The notes: generated by a model not told the origin, from the letters alone. A stretch of 64,000 nt of DNA from Eledone cirrhosa (GCA_964016885.1 OZ024742.1:93124001-93188000), one strand, 5' to 3'. Positions 39,452-52,379 are shown, counted from the stretch's first letter. Numbers and translations: made by a program.

Positions 39452-39724
39452 CACAACAGCTGTCTGGTTAAGGTGCTGGAACTACTGACCACAGAGCCAT
39501 AAGTTTAAATACTTTACTACATCATCATATTTCTATAATGTACTGAATGATTGCTAGGTTAACCTTTTCATTACCATATTTCTAATGAAAGACACTGTGT
39601 ATTATTTTCAAATCATTTTGAAAATATTCAAGAATTTGGAGTGATTTAATAAAATAATTTTCTCATTATTAAGCTGGAGTCCATACATAAAATCTGATTG
39701 AAGGTTTTTATTTAGATCGATATA

Positions 39725-39919
39725 GGCGGTGGATTGGCGGTGGATTGGCAGTATCGGTAGAGGGTCGGACGCCATGCTTTCCAGCATAGTTACGTCCCTT
39801 TACGATCTGAGTTCAAATCCCGCCGAGGTTGACTTTGCCTTTCATCCTTACGGGGTCGATAAAATAAAGTACCAGTAATGCACTGGGTAATTGCTGGCCT
39901 TGTGCCTAAAGTAGAAACA
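39725..39919 (+). mobile_element. tRNA-SINE family A, full length with TSD
   Basis: A box tggcagtatcgg and B box gagttcaaatcc. 18-bp TSD tttatttagatcgatata at 39707-39724 and 39920-39937; an 11-bp duplication at the 5' end. Confidence 0.95.
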
Positions 39920-40059
39920 TTTATTTAGATCGATATAAACACTTTAAAATAAATAGTTTATTATAGAATCAGTGGTGGTTTCAGGTAGTTTAATATCAAA
40001 AGTGTTAAGGTGCTGGATTATTGTCTGTATAGTCATAAGTTAAATACCTTACAACAACC

Positions 40060-40232
40060 ATTGGCAGTATCGGTCTGATGCCATGCAGCGAAGAGTTACG
40101 GCCCTTTATGGTCTGAGTTCAAATCCTGCCGAGGTTAACTTTTCCTTTCATCCTTACGGGGTCGATAAAATAAAGCACCAGTAATACACTGGGATAATTG
40201 CTGGCCTTGTGCCAAAAGTAGAAACAATTATT
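40060..40232 (+). mobile_element. tRNA-SINE family A
   Basis: Homologous to 39725-39919. Confidence 0.9.
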
Positions 40233-40673
40233 TATATTTCTGTCTGAAAAAGTATCACTGAAGAGGTTTAATATGACTGAAATGTGTCCAGAGCTGACCT
40301 TGGACTTGATCAGTATAACTCATCACTGTATACCTACATTCTCTTTTTAATTAATTTAGCCCTTTTGATATTAAATCAAATTGGAATAAGTGTTTTGGTA
40401 TTCATTCTGACTCACTGTGCTCTGAGGTCAAATCTTTTGGGGTTAACTTTGCCTTTTATCCTTTTAAGGTCAATAAATCTTGTACCAGTCCAGCACTGGG
40501 CTTAATTCTTCCTCTCTATCTCTTTCTCTTTCTCATTATCTGGAAGAAATCAGCTGTGTTCATACATGGGAAGCGAAGGGTTCTCCAGACTTAAAATATC
40601 CAAAACATGCCATGTATCAGAAGATCCCCTGTGTGACTCCATCAGAAGGACCCTTTCTTTCATTCTTTCTTTT

Positions 40674-40721
<48 letters not shown>

Positions 40722-42196
40722 TATTTCTTTCTTTCTTTTTACTTTATGGGTCATGGGTTTATATATACCTATATACATACAATTCTTATCGAGTCCTCTT
40801 CAGATTATGGTATTTGTATTTATTATTACTATATGTGTGTGTGTGTGTGTGTGTGTGCATGAAAGAGATCAGTGGCTCTGATTAAGTACTTTGTCTGTGA
40901 GGACCAGTACAACCCATGCATGTAAGAAGGGAAAAAAGCCGTTAAATGATGATGATGGGGATGACAAACATTGCATTGATTTCTTAGGACAGGAATTTTC
41001 CAATTATTGTTAGTTGTACTATTCTGCCTCTCTCTCACTCTCTCTCTCTCACTCACTTTTTTCTGGTCTGTCTGTCTTTCTTTCTTTCTTTTTTCTTTTT
41101 TTCTTTCTTTCTAATACTAAACTGCCTGAAACCATCCCTTGTTTTATGATACAAAACTGGTTGTTTTAAATTTCCTACATTCATCTAAACTTTTCTATTA
41201 TAATTTTCTATAATCACCTTTGTTAAGTTAGGTTCCAAATACTGGCTTAATAATGACAAAGTTATTTAAAGTTTTAATTATTTTATAAATAAATTGAAAA
41301 TCATGAACAGAAATTAGAAATAATGAAAGAAAAGAGTTAATTTAAGTATTGAGGCATCATCATTAGAACATAGAATGCTTTGCAGTATCCCTTCTGGCTG
41401 TCTGCACCCTACGTTCAAATCCTTCTAAAGTAATATTTGTCTCCCATCCTTTTGCAGTCAATAAATAAAGTAATGGTGTTGAATCTCCCACTTCTCTACT
41501 CCCTGGAAGAAATTGACTATGTTCAGATCTGGTTTAAATCCCCAAGATATACTGTATATCATTATGATGTCCCTATGACTTCATCTGTTCTTCAGGACCC
41601 ATGGGTTGATGGATATGCTAAAATATCATCCTTGAATGTGAATGATAGTTGTAGTGTTTTTACCCCACAGTTTATCTACCTATCTGTCTGTTTGTTTGTC
41701 TGTCTCTATATTTACAAATTTTCTGTCTGTATAGCAGCCTGTGTATTTGTCTATTTAATATATCCAGGTGTGTTTGTTTTCCTGGATTTTCACATGTATT
41801 CTATTTAAATAGGCAGCAATATAATTAACAGCAACATAACTAGATAGAGAAGAAAATTAGGTATTTTAATTATAAAAACAAAGAAACAAATAAAACAAAA
41901 GCACCTGAGCTTTGACTTAGGAATGAACTCAAGCACATTCATTATGTAAAGCACACACGTATAGACATATAGATTACAAACACCTATGTATAGCAAATAC
42001 ACATACAGACACATGTAAATATATACATCTATATTTATGAATAATATATACACACATTCATATGCTTATATATGTAGAAAATATCTGTAGGTGTGAAAAA
42101 GGAAAAAGGAAAACAGTGTTCAATCAGGGATGAGGGCTGATATTATATTTATGTTCATATACAGAACAAAAGCGCTACCTAAGGTTTCAAGCATCT

Positions 42197-42285
42197 AAGC
42201 ACCTGAAGATTAGGTTACAATTTCCATCCCTTTAACAATCTGGAGATATGGTCATTATTGGGCCTTGAAATCTTAAGTAGTGTTT
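42197..42285 (+). ncRNA. Type I hammerhead motif, partly decayed
   Basis: aagcac CTGAAGA tt aggtt..ggcct t GAAA tcttaag TA gtgttt, with a 6-bp helix I. The upstream inverted copy preserves helix III as CCTTAGG. Confidence 0.6.
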
Positions 42286-42310
42286 TTGTTCTGAGAATGA
42301 ACATAAATAA

Positions 42311-42505
42311 ATAATTGTTTCTACTTTTAGCACAAGGCCAGCAATTATCCCAGTGCATTACTGGTACTTTATTTTATCGACCCCGTAAGGATGAAAGGCA
42401 AAGTTAACCTTGGCAGGATTTGAACTCAGAATGTAAAGGACCATAACCCTATACTGCTAAGAATGTTGTCCGATACTCTAACGATTCTGCCAACCCACCG
42501 CCCTT
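42311..42505 (-). mobile_element. tRNA-SINE family A
   Basis: Reverse-complement match to 39725-39919. Confidence 0.9.
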
Positions 42506-42519
42506 ATAATCTAATAAAT

Positions 42520-43092
42520 AATGTAATATAATATAATATAATATAATATAATATAATATAATATAATATAATATAATATAATATAATATAATATAATATA
42601 ATATATATAATATAATTTAATGTAATATAATCTAATATAATGTAATATAATCTAATATAATGTAATATAATATAATATAATATAATATAATATAATATAA
42701 TATAATATAATATAAATTAATGTAATATAATGTAATATAATGTAATATAATATAATATAATATAATATAATATAATATAATATAATATAATATAATATAA
42801 TATAATATAATATAATATAATATAAATTAATGTAATATAATGTAATATAATGTAATATAATATAATATAATATAATATAATATAATATAATATAATATAA
42901 TATAAATTAATGTAATATAATGTAATATAATGTAATATAATATAATATAATATAATATAATATAATATAATATAATATAATTTAATGTAATATAATGTAA
43001 TATAATGTAATATAATATAATATAATATAATATAATATAATGTAATATAATATAATATAATATATTATATATAATATAATTTAATGTAATAT
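42520..43092. repeat. (TATAA)n pentanucleotide array with recurring TGTAA/TTAA variants
   Basis: Direct reading of the sequence. Confidence 0.95.
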
Positions 43093-43480
43093 AATTGTTT
43101 CTACTTTAGGCACAAGGCCAACAATTACCCAGTGCATTACTGGTACTTTATTTTATCGACCCCGTAAGGATGAAAGGCAAAGTCAACCTCGGCGGGATTT
43201 GAACTCAGATTGTAAAGGGACGTAACTATGCTGGAAAGCATGGCGTCCGACCCTCTACCGATACTGCCAATCCACTGTAATATAACATAATATAATATAA
43301 TATAATATGTTTCTACTTTTGGCACAAGGCGCATTACTGGAATTTTATTTTATCAACTCCGTAAGGATGAAAGGCAAAGTTAACCACAGTGGGATTTGAA
43401 CTCAGACCGTAAAGGGGCGTGACTCTATGCTGCAAAGCATGGCGTCCAACCCTCTACCGATACTGCCAATCCACCGCCCT
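43093..43480 (-). mobile_element. Two tandem family A SINEs
   Basis: Copies at about 43093-43275 and 43307-43480, separated by (TAATA)n. Confidence 0.9.
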
Positions 43481-43759
43481 TATAATATATAACCAGCAAT
43501 TTCTCTGTCTGTCTGTCCGACAGTGGAAACACGTGCGCGCGTGGTTGCTATCTCTCTCTCTCCAGCTATCCCTCTCTTTTAGTCTGTCTGTTTCTCTCAC
43601 TCTCACTCTTTCTCTTTGTAACACACTAACATTCCTCCCCTCTATCGCTGTGACGAATGGGGAGATGGAGGAGGAGGAGAAGGAGGAGAGAGTCACTTCG
43701 TCACTTCACCTTTGCCTTTCTTTCTTTCCCCTCTCACTCCCTCATTACGTACAGACATT

Positions 43760-43952
43760 AGGACGGTGGATTGGCAGAATCTGTAGAGAGTCGGACACCA
43801 TGCTTCATAGCATGGAGTTACGTCCCTTTACGGTCTGAGTTCAAATACCGCCGAGGTTAACTTTGCCTTTCATCCTCACGGGGTCGATAAAATAAAGTAC
43901 CAGTAATGTACTGGGTATTTGCTGGCCTTGTGCCAAAAGTAGAAACAATTAT
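43760..43952 (+). mobile_element. tRNA-SINE family A
   Basis: A and B boxes and body as at 39725. Confidence 0.9.
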
Positions 43953-44072
43953 TAGAAACATTGCTTCATTTTTACATATCTAAGCATTAGTAAAATAACT
44001 AATAATTTCAAAAGTAATTTTTCAATTCCAATTGTTATGAACAGCAAAACATTAATAATAATTTTGTTCTAA

Positions 44073-44285
44073 GAAATATATATATACATTTCTGTGTGTG
44101 TAATATATATATATATATACACACAGAGAAATATATATACATTTCTGTGTGTGTAATATATATATATACACACAGAAATATATATACATTTCTGTGTGTG
44201 TAATATATATATATATACACACACAGAAATATATATACATTTCTGTGTGTGTAATATATATATATATATATATACATTTCTGTGT
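44073..44285. repeat. Palindromic minisatellite, about 52-58 bp unit, about 3.5 copies
   Basis: Repeated tttctgtgtgtgta-(at)n-tacacacagaaa. Confidence 0.85.
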
Positions 44286-44599
44286 AGTTCCCTGAACTTC
44301 TTCCATCCCGTTCTTATTTGATATACAAAATTGACATACTTACATGTATACACCTTAATATATATATATTTAAGAAAGTAAGGTTTTTTAAAATGTCCCA
44401 CATGGATAAAGATATAAAAAAGAAATTGAAAATGCAGCTACAGTCTTTTAAGAATATTTATTTACTTTTGAAAATCATAAGAACTGTGAAAATACTAAAG
44501 AAAATAAATATTCTTAAAAGACTCCAGCTGCATTTTCAATTTCTTTTCCTTATACATATATATATATAATAAATGTAATCTGAGTTTTTTGAATATTAA

Positions 44600-46210
44600 T
44601 AATAACATTCGATTCGTTTGCAATTATGCAAACAAGCCTCAATTTTAAAGCCATGTCAGTAGAATGAACCCTTCAATCTTGCTCTTATGTTGGCATGTAA
44701 ACAGAACTGCAGACACTAATGTTTCTGGGTATCACCCTTCATCAGTACAGCTCACTGTTCACCTGCCAACTGTCAGAGCTAGTGAAAATATATGCTATTT
44801 TCTAAAATATACAGTGACTGATTGGCCTGATTAGCATATTAGCAGACTGGCTGATCAGTCAGATCTGCATATATGCTCAGTAACTGATTTGTTATTTTGT
44901 GTCTCTCCTTTGTTCTGTCCTACACCATCTTGTTTTTGTGTGTTGTGTGTTGTGTACTTGGTTTGTGCATGTGTTATACCCGGGTGTGTGGGTATTTCAT
45001 TTATTTATTTATGTTTATTTACTTGTCACTAGTTGGTTGTTTGTTCTATTTGTGTGTGCCTGGTTTGTTTTATTAGTTTGGTTCTTGTGTGTCTCTGTAT
45101 ATCTTCATCTTGTTCTTAATTACTAGTTGTGATGTTACTATTCCACTCATGTTTTCTGTTTAATTTTGGCTGGAGTTCATTTATGTTTGTCGCTTCTGTA
45201 ATTTGTTGGAGCATTGCATCTTTTCTGTGTGTGGATATGATTTTTATCTTCATGTTCTCTAGTGTGCTACCAAGTTCCATTTTGGCATGTTGGTGGAGTT
45301 CTGATGAGTTTTTCCAATCTTGGAGTTCTCACCAGTGTTTATTTATCTTTGCTCCTATGCTACAGGCTGTCTCACCTATGTAAATTGTGTTCTTATTCCT
45401 ACACTGTCCTTCAGTATATCTTACGCTATATACTACGTTCCTAGTTTTGCAATTAGTTTGTGGGCTTAATTTGCATTTCTTATCAGTGCAGGAATTTTTT
45501 GAAAAGATTATGTTCTACAAATTAGGGCTTTTATGCTAATACCTAGTCTTTCTGCTATCTTAATATTTAATTTTTGTTTGCCTAGAGCATTTATAAATCT
45601 GTAAGCTAGTTCGCCTATGGGGATTGCATTGATGAACATTACACTCTGGTATTTATTGCTATCATACCATGAGTAGATTTTATTGTTTTTTTTTCTTAAT
45701 TCTTTCTATCTTATTCCAAAATTTGCTCCTATACATGGGGCAAGTCCCATTCACATGATTTTCTACAATCTTCGTCCATTTGGCCATAGCTCCTTTATAT
45801 ACCCTGATCCCGACTCTCTGATTGTAGTCAGAGAACTGTATGCAGTGGATGAAGTGTTGTATGTGTCTCTAATTCTTTAGGATTTCACATGTGGGACATG
45901 TTCCTCATCAATCTTACTAAATCTGCAATCAGTATGTTGACTTTCATGTTATCCAAAATGGTTGAGTTTCGGTGGATCAGGTACATGGAGGTCATGGGTT
46001 TGGCATAATGCAAATGGAGGATTTGTGTCCTATTATCAACAGTTTCTAACCAGAGTTCTGTGTCTAGTACAGGTAATCTATGGTTGGGGTGTTTAGTAGA
46101 GTAGTCGATAGTAACTTTAATACTTTGGTGGAGAGAGTTAGCTATTTTCTGAATGCTTTTCATGGATGCCCTTACTGGGGCAAAATCCTTTTGTTCCTTC
46201 TTACAGCTTG
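44600..46210 (-). mobile_element. Decayed Penelope-like element (RT C-terminus, GIY-YIG, hammerhead)
   Basis: ORF 45885-46163 gives LPVLD..HYAKP..IHRNS (PLE RT thumb). Manual translation near 45330-45400 gives CRNKNTIYIGETACS (GIY-YIG). The hammerhead lies downstream on the same strand. Confidence 0.8.
44704..44753 (-). ncRNA. Type I hammerhead ribozyme motif at the 3' end of a PLE
   Basis: gagctgta CTGATGA a gggt gat accc a GAAA CAttagTG TC tgcagttc. Helix I 8 bp, helix II 4 bp, GUC triplet. Confidence 0.85.
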
Positions 46211-46375
46211 CAACATTACAATGAATTTATTCTAAACAGATATCTGGACGGCACATGTATAGATATACATTCATCTATATATAACATACACACATACATA
46301 CATACACATGCACACATACATATATAGAAATATACACTTAAGCATAATGTACATGCACTCATACATACACATGTA

Positions 46376-47252
46376 TGGGAACTCCTATACGCAGATGATC
46401 TAACGCTCATAGCTGAATCAATGGCTGAACTAGAGAAGGAATTCCAAACATGGAAGCATGGCCTAGAATCAAAAGGCCTTAAAATTAACCTGTCTAAGAC
46501 TAAAGTTCTAGTATGTAGGAAGGAAAATAGGGCACTGGTCCCATCTGGGAAATGGCCATGCTCAGTGTGTAGGAAAGGAGTAGGCAGAAACTCCATTTTA
46601 TATCCCAAATGCAAAGTATGGGTGCATAAAAGATGTAGTGGGATCACAGGTAAGCTAACTAAGAATATAGATTTTATATGTGGCCGGTGCTCAGGTTCTA
46701 TAAGTAGCAGAAAGTGCCCACAGAATACTAGCTCATTCCATTGCACAGATGGTTCTATAGAAATAGTGGACACCTTCCGTTACCTGAGTGACAAAATCAG
46801 CAGTGGTGGAGGGTGCTCTGAAAGTACAGTAGCTAGAGTCAGAACGCCTTGCCTAAGTACAAAGTGAAACCTACAGTCAGTAGGCACCTCTTAACAAAAA
46901 TATACCCCCGTCCCACTACCCCCACACCATCCACACCACCCTTTCGATGTAAAGTTATGTTGGTACCACATTATTCAGTCCTAAATAAATGAGGTCGTGT
47001 AGGTGTCACAACAAAAAAACACACAGTCCACGCTGTAATGTGGCCGTGTAGGTAACACGGTAAAAACCTCCCAGTCCACACTGTAAACGTGGTTATTGTT
47101 AGGAAGGGCATCCAGCCGTAGAAAACCTGCCAGACAGTCCTATACGAGCAAGACAACCAATCTTGCCTCAAGTGGGAACATTTCCGTCCAAACCCATGCT
47201 AGCGTGGAAGATAGACGTTAAACGATGATGATGATGATGATGATGATGATGA
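46376..47252 (+). mobile_element. RTE-A, 5'-truncated, with an internal deletion of about 0.5 kb
   Basis: Starts at WELLYADD. After STVARVR (about 46844) it jumps to the last codons and UTR; (GAT)n tail. Confidence 0.95.
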
Positions 47253-47344
47253 TACACACACTTAAGTATATAGCCATACAAATATACATGCCTTTTCCTT
47301 ATACCTATGTTTCATACAAGTTGAGTGTAAGACAGCTATATCAT

Positions 47345-48197
47345 CAGTTCAACAACACCAACAACATTTACAAGAACTATAACAAAAACAATAACACCAT
47401 CTGCAACAAATACACAAACAACAACAACAATAAATACACAAACAACAACAACAATAAAAACACCAACGACAATAATAAAAACACCAGCAACAACAATAAA
47501 AACACAAAAAACACAAACAACAACAATAAAACACAAACAACAACAACAATAAAAACACAAACAACACAAACAACAACAACAATAAAAACACAAACAACAA
47601 CAATAAAAACACAAACAACAACAATATAAACAAAAAAGCCACTATCTATAACAAGAACAAAAGCAACAAAGTCACTACCAGATTCAAGAACAACAACGAT
47701 GGCAACAATAACAATAAGAACAACAACAGAGCCACCATCTACAATAACAAAGACAGCAAAAAACAAAACAAAACAACAACAACGTCACCATCTACAACAA
47801 CAACAACAAAAGCAATGGCTACAACAATAACAACAAAAACAACTATGAAGCTACTATCTACAACAACAAAAACAACAACTATAACTACTACAACAACAAA
47901 AACAACTATGAAGCCACTATCTACAACAACTATAACTACTACAACCATCTACAACAACAGCAAAAACCATCTACAACAACAGCAAAAACACTGACAACAA
48001 CAACTATAGAGCTACGATCTACAACAACAACAAAAACACTGACTACTACAACGACAACTAAAAAGCTGGCATCAAGAACAACAACAACAACAATGAAGCT
48101 ACCATCTACAACAACAACAAAAACACTGACTACAACAACAACGACAACTATAAAGCCACCACCAACAACAATAACAGCAACAATAACAACAACAAGC
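47345..48197. repeat. Degenerate (ACA)n-based low-complexity array
   Basis: Direct reading; loose periodicity of about 30 bp in the right half. Confidence 0.9.
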
Positions 48198-48500
48198 ACT
48201 TGATTGTCATTTTGGCTGTAGCACGGTTGGTAATTCTTACAATTCCAGGCAACTTATTATCGTCTGCTACATTAGGTTCTTGGTGTCCATCAAACAGTGA
48301 TAATAAAATGGTACAGTTTATCAATGTACTCTTCTAACCACTTATCCATTTAAGTTCGGTTCAATGCCTCTACTAGTTCCATTTCTTGCTACTAACTGCC
48401 ATTGACTTTAGAAAAGTTTGGAGAAGGAAAGCAATAAATAAAAAATATATATATACATAATAAAAGTAAAGTAAAACAAAAGAAACTAAAATCAGAAGTC

Positions 48501-51500
48501 AGTGGTGGTGGTGGTGTTTGTGGTGGAGGTGGTGGTAGTGATTGTGATGGTGGTGGTGGTGGTGGGGTTGATTGCGGTGGTTGTGGTGTTGGTGGTGTTT
48601 GTGGTGGTGGTGGTGGAGGTGGTGGTGCTGTTGGTGGAGGTAGTAGTTGTGTTGTTGGTGGTAGTGGTTGTGGTGCTGATTGTAGTATGGGTGGTGATTG
48701 TGGTGGTTGTGGTGGTTGTGGTGTAGTTGGTGGTGGTAGTGGTGGTTGTGGTGTTGTTGATGGTGGTAGTGGTGGTTGTGGTGTTTTTGATGGTGGTAGT
48801 GGTGGTTGTGGTGTCGTTGATGGTTGTAGTGGTGGTTGTGGTGTTGTTGATGGTGGTAGTGGTGGTTGTGGTGTTGTTGATGATGGTAATGGTGGTTGTG
48901 GTGTTGTTGATGATGGTAGTGGTGGTTGTGGTGTTTTTGATGGGGGTAGTGGTGGTTGTGGTATTGTTGATGGTTGTAGTGGTGGTTGTGGTGTTGTTGA
49001 TGGTGGTAGTGGTGGTTGTGGTGTCGTTGATGATGGTGGTAGTGGGGGTTGTGGTGTAGTTGGAGGTGGTAGTGGTGGTTGTGGTGTAGTTGGAGGTGGT
49101 AGTGGTGGTTGTGTTGTTGTTGATGGTTGTAGTGGTGGTTGTGGTGTAGTTGATGATGGTAGTGGTGGTTGTGGTGTTGTTGATGGTTGTAGTGGTGGTT
49201 GTGGTGTTGTTGATGGTTGTAGTGGTGGTTGTGGTGTTGTTGATGGTTGTAGTTGTGGTTGTGGTGTAGTTGGTGGTGGTAGTGGTGGTTGTGGTGCTGT
49301 TGATGGTTGTAGTCGTGGTTGTGGTGTAGTTGGTGGTTGTAGTGGTGGTTGTGGTGTTGTTGGTGGTGGTAGTGGTGGTTGTGGTGTAGTTGGTGGTCGT
49401 AGTGGTGGTTGTGGTGTTGTTGATGGTGGTAGTGGTGGTTGTGGTGTTGTTGATGGTTGTAGTGGTGGTTGTGGTGTTGTTGATGGTTGTAGTGGTGGTT
49501 GTGGTGTTGTTGATCGTGGTAGTGGTGGTTCTGGTGTTGTTGATGATGGTAGTAGTTGTTGTAGTGTTGTTGATGGTGGTAGTGGTGGTTGTGGTGTTGT
49601 TGATGGTTGTAGTGGTGGTTGTGGTTTAGTTGATCGTGGTAGTGGTGGTTGTGGTGTTGTTGATGGTGGTAGTAGTTGTTGTAGTGTTGTTGATGGTGGT
49701 AGTGGTGGTTGTGGTGTTGTTGATGGTTGTAGTGGTGGTTGTGGTTTAGTTGATGGTTGTAGTGGTGGTTGTGGTGTTGTTGATGGTGGTAGTGGTGGTT
49801 GTGGTGTAGTTGATGGTTGTAGTGGTGGTTGTGGTGTTGTTGATCGTGGTAGTGGTGGTTGTGGTGTTGTTGATGGTGGTAGTAGTTGTTGTAGTGTTGT
49901 TGATGGTGGTAGTGGTGGTTGTGGTGTTGTTGATGGTGGTAGTGGTGGTTGTGGTGTTGTTGATGGTTGTAGTGGTGGTTGTGGTGTTGTTGATGGTGGT
50001 AGTGGTGGTTGTGGTGTAGTTGATGGTGGTAGTGGTGGTAGTGTGGTTGTGGTGTAGTTGATAGTTGTAGTGGTGGTTGTTGTGTTGTTGATGGTGGTAG
50101 TGGTGGTTGTGGTGTTGTTGATGGTTGTAGTGGTGGTTGTGGTGTAGTTGATGGTTGTAGTGGTGGTTGTGGTGTTGTTGATGGTGGTAGTGGTGGTTGT
50201 GGTGTAGTTGATGGTTGTGGTGTTGTTGATGGTGGTAGTGGTGGTTGTGGTGTAGTTGATGGTTGTAGTGGTGGTTGTGGTGTTGTTGATGGTGGTAGTG
50301 GTGGTTGTGGTGTAGTTGATGGTTGTGGTGTTGTTGATGGTGGTAGTGGTGGTTGTGGTGTTGTTGATGGTGGTTGTGGTGTAGTTGGTGGTGGTAGTGG
50401 TGGTTGTGGTGTTGTTGATGGTTGTAGTGGTGGTTTTGGTGTTGTTGATGGGGGTAGTAGTGGTTGTGGTGTTGTTGATGGTTGTAGTGGTGGTTGTGGT
50501 GTTGTTGATGGTGGTAGTGGTGGTTGTGGTATTGTTGATGGTGGTAGTGGTGGTTGTGGTGTTGTTGATGGTGGTTGTGGTGTAGTTGATGGTTGTAGTG
50601 GTGGTTGTGGTGTAGTTGATGGTTGTAGTGGTGGTTGTGGTGTAGTTGATGGTTGTAGTGGTGGTTGTGGTGTAGTTGGTGGTTGTAGTGGTGGTTGTGG
50701 TGTAGTTGATGGTTGTAGTGGTGGTCGTCGTGGTGGTTGTGGTGTTGTTGATGGTGGTAGTGGTGGTTGTGGTGTTGTTGATGGTTGTAGTGGTGGTTGT
50801 GGTGTAGTTGATGGCGGTAGTGGTGGTTGTGGTATTGTTGATGGTTGTAGTGGTGGTTGTGGTGTTGTTGATGGTGGTAGTGGTGGTTGTGGTATTGTTG
50901 ATGGTTGTAGTGGTGGTTGTGGTGTAGTTGATGGTGGTAGTGGTGGTAGTGGTGGTTGTCGTGGTGGTTGTGGTGTTGTTGATGGTGGTAGTGGTGGTTG
51001 TGGTGTTGTTGATGGTGGTAGTGGTGGTTGTGGTGTAGTTGGTGGTGGTTAAAGGTGGTTGTGGTGTAGTTGATGGTGGTAGTGGTGGTAGTGGTGGTGG
51101 TAGTGGTGGTTGTGGTGTTGTTGATGGTGGTAGTGGTGGTTGTGGTGTTGTTGATGGTGGTAGTGGTGGTTGTGGTGTAGTTGGTGGTGGTAGTGGTGGT
51201 TGTGGTGTAGTTGATGGTGGTAGTGGTGGTAGTGGTGGTGGTAGTGGTGGTTGTGGTGTTGTTGATGGTGGTAGTGGTGGTTGTGGTGTAGTTGATGGTG
51301 GTAGTGGTGGTAGTGGTGGTGGTAGTGGTGGTTGTGGTGTAGTTGGTGGTGGTAGTGGTGGTTGTGGTGTAGTTGATGGTGGTAGTGGTGGTAGTGGTGG
51401 TGGTAGTGGTGGTTGTGGTGTTGTTGATGGTGGTAGTGGTGGTAGTGGTGGTGGAAGTGGTGGTTGTGGTGTTGTTGATGGTGGTAGTGGTGGTTGTGGT

Positions 51501-52095
51501 GTAGTTGATGGTTGTAGTGGTGGTTGTGGTGGTGGTAGTGGTGGTTGTGGTGTTGTTGATGGTGGTAGTGGTGGTTGTGGTGTAGTTGGTGGTGGTAGTG
51601 GTGGTTGTGGTGTAGTTGATGGTGGTAGTGGTGGTTGTGGTGCTGTTGATGGTGGTAGTGGTGGTTGTGGTGTTGTTGATGGTGGTAGTGGTGGTAGTGG
51701 TGGTGGAAGTAGTGGTTGTGGTGTTGTTGATGGTGGTAGTGGTGGTTGTGGTGGTGGTAGTGGTGGTTGTGGTGTTGTTGATGGTGGTAGTGGTGGTTGT
51801 GGTGTAGTTGGTGGTGGTAGTCGTCGTTGTGGTGTAGTTGATGGTGGTAGTGGTGGTAGTGGTGTTGTTGATGGTGGTAGCGGTGGTTGTGGTGTTGTTG
51901 ATGGTGGTAGTGGTGGTAGTGGTGGTGGTAGTGGTGGTTGTGGTGTAGTTGGTGGTGGTAGTGCTGGTAGTGGTGGTGGAAGTGGTGGTTGTGGTGTTGT
52001 TGATGGTGGTAGTGGTGGTTGTGGTATTGTTGATGGTGGTAGTGGTGGTTGTGGTGTTGTTGATGGAGGTAGTGGTGGATTGTTGTTATTGATGG
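48501..52095. repeat. 3.6-kb minisatellite, 30-bp unit ggtggtagtggtggttgtggtgttgttgat
   Basis: Direct reading; explains all the long low-complexity ORFs here. Confidence 0.95.
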
Positions 52096-52152
52096 TGCTG
52101 TTCCTGGTGGCAGTTGTAGAAGAAAAGGAAAACTTGCACAAATTCTTGTTTT

Positions 52153-52379
52153 TTAACCCATTAATGTTCAAACCGTCCAAAACCGGCCAGAATTCTCTAC
52201 CTCCTTCTGTTGAAACTGGCTGTAAGTGTTCGCTCAAACTGATGTTAAGGTATTGTTCTCAAAATTAATACTTTCAAAATCTTATGATTTCGATATTATG
52301 TGAGATATTATGTGAGGTAAAGCTTTTACCATGAAAATATAATAGTATATATAGAGTAAAGTGAATGCTAAAAGGTTAA
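52153..52379 (+). mobile_element. piggyBac-type MITE
   Basis: TTAA-CCC ... AAAGG-TTAA, homologous to 31326 and 38990. Confidence 0.8.

Noticed and set aside
40258-40288. CTGAAGA ggtt..gact GAAA TGTG TC, possibly a CpG-decayed GAAACGCGTC
   Set aside because: Helix II is plausible, but helix I cannot form and helix III needs two back-mutations.
43500-43760. CpG-containing patch (cacgtgcgcgcg) between head-to-head SINEs as a promoter
   Set aside because: It is too short and has no linked gene or other evidence.
48392-52237. 1281-aa Pro/Thr-rich mucin- or extensin-like ORF and the antisense Gly/Val/Cys ORFs
   Set aside because: This is the stop-free reading of a 30-bp minisatellite. The repeat phase shifts twice, and the start lies inside a piggyBac-type MITE.
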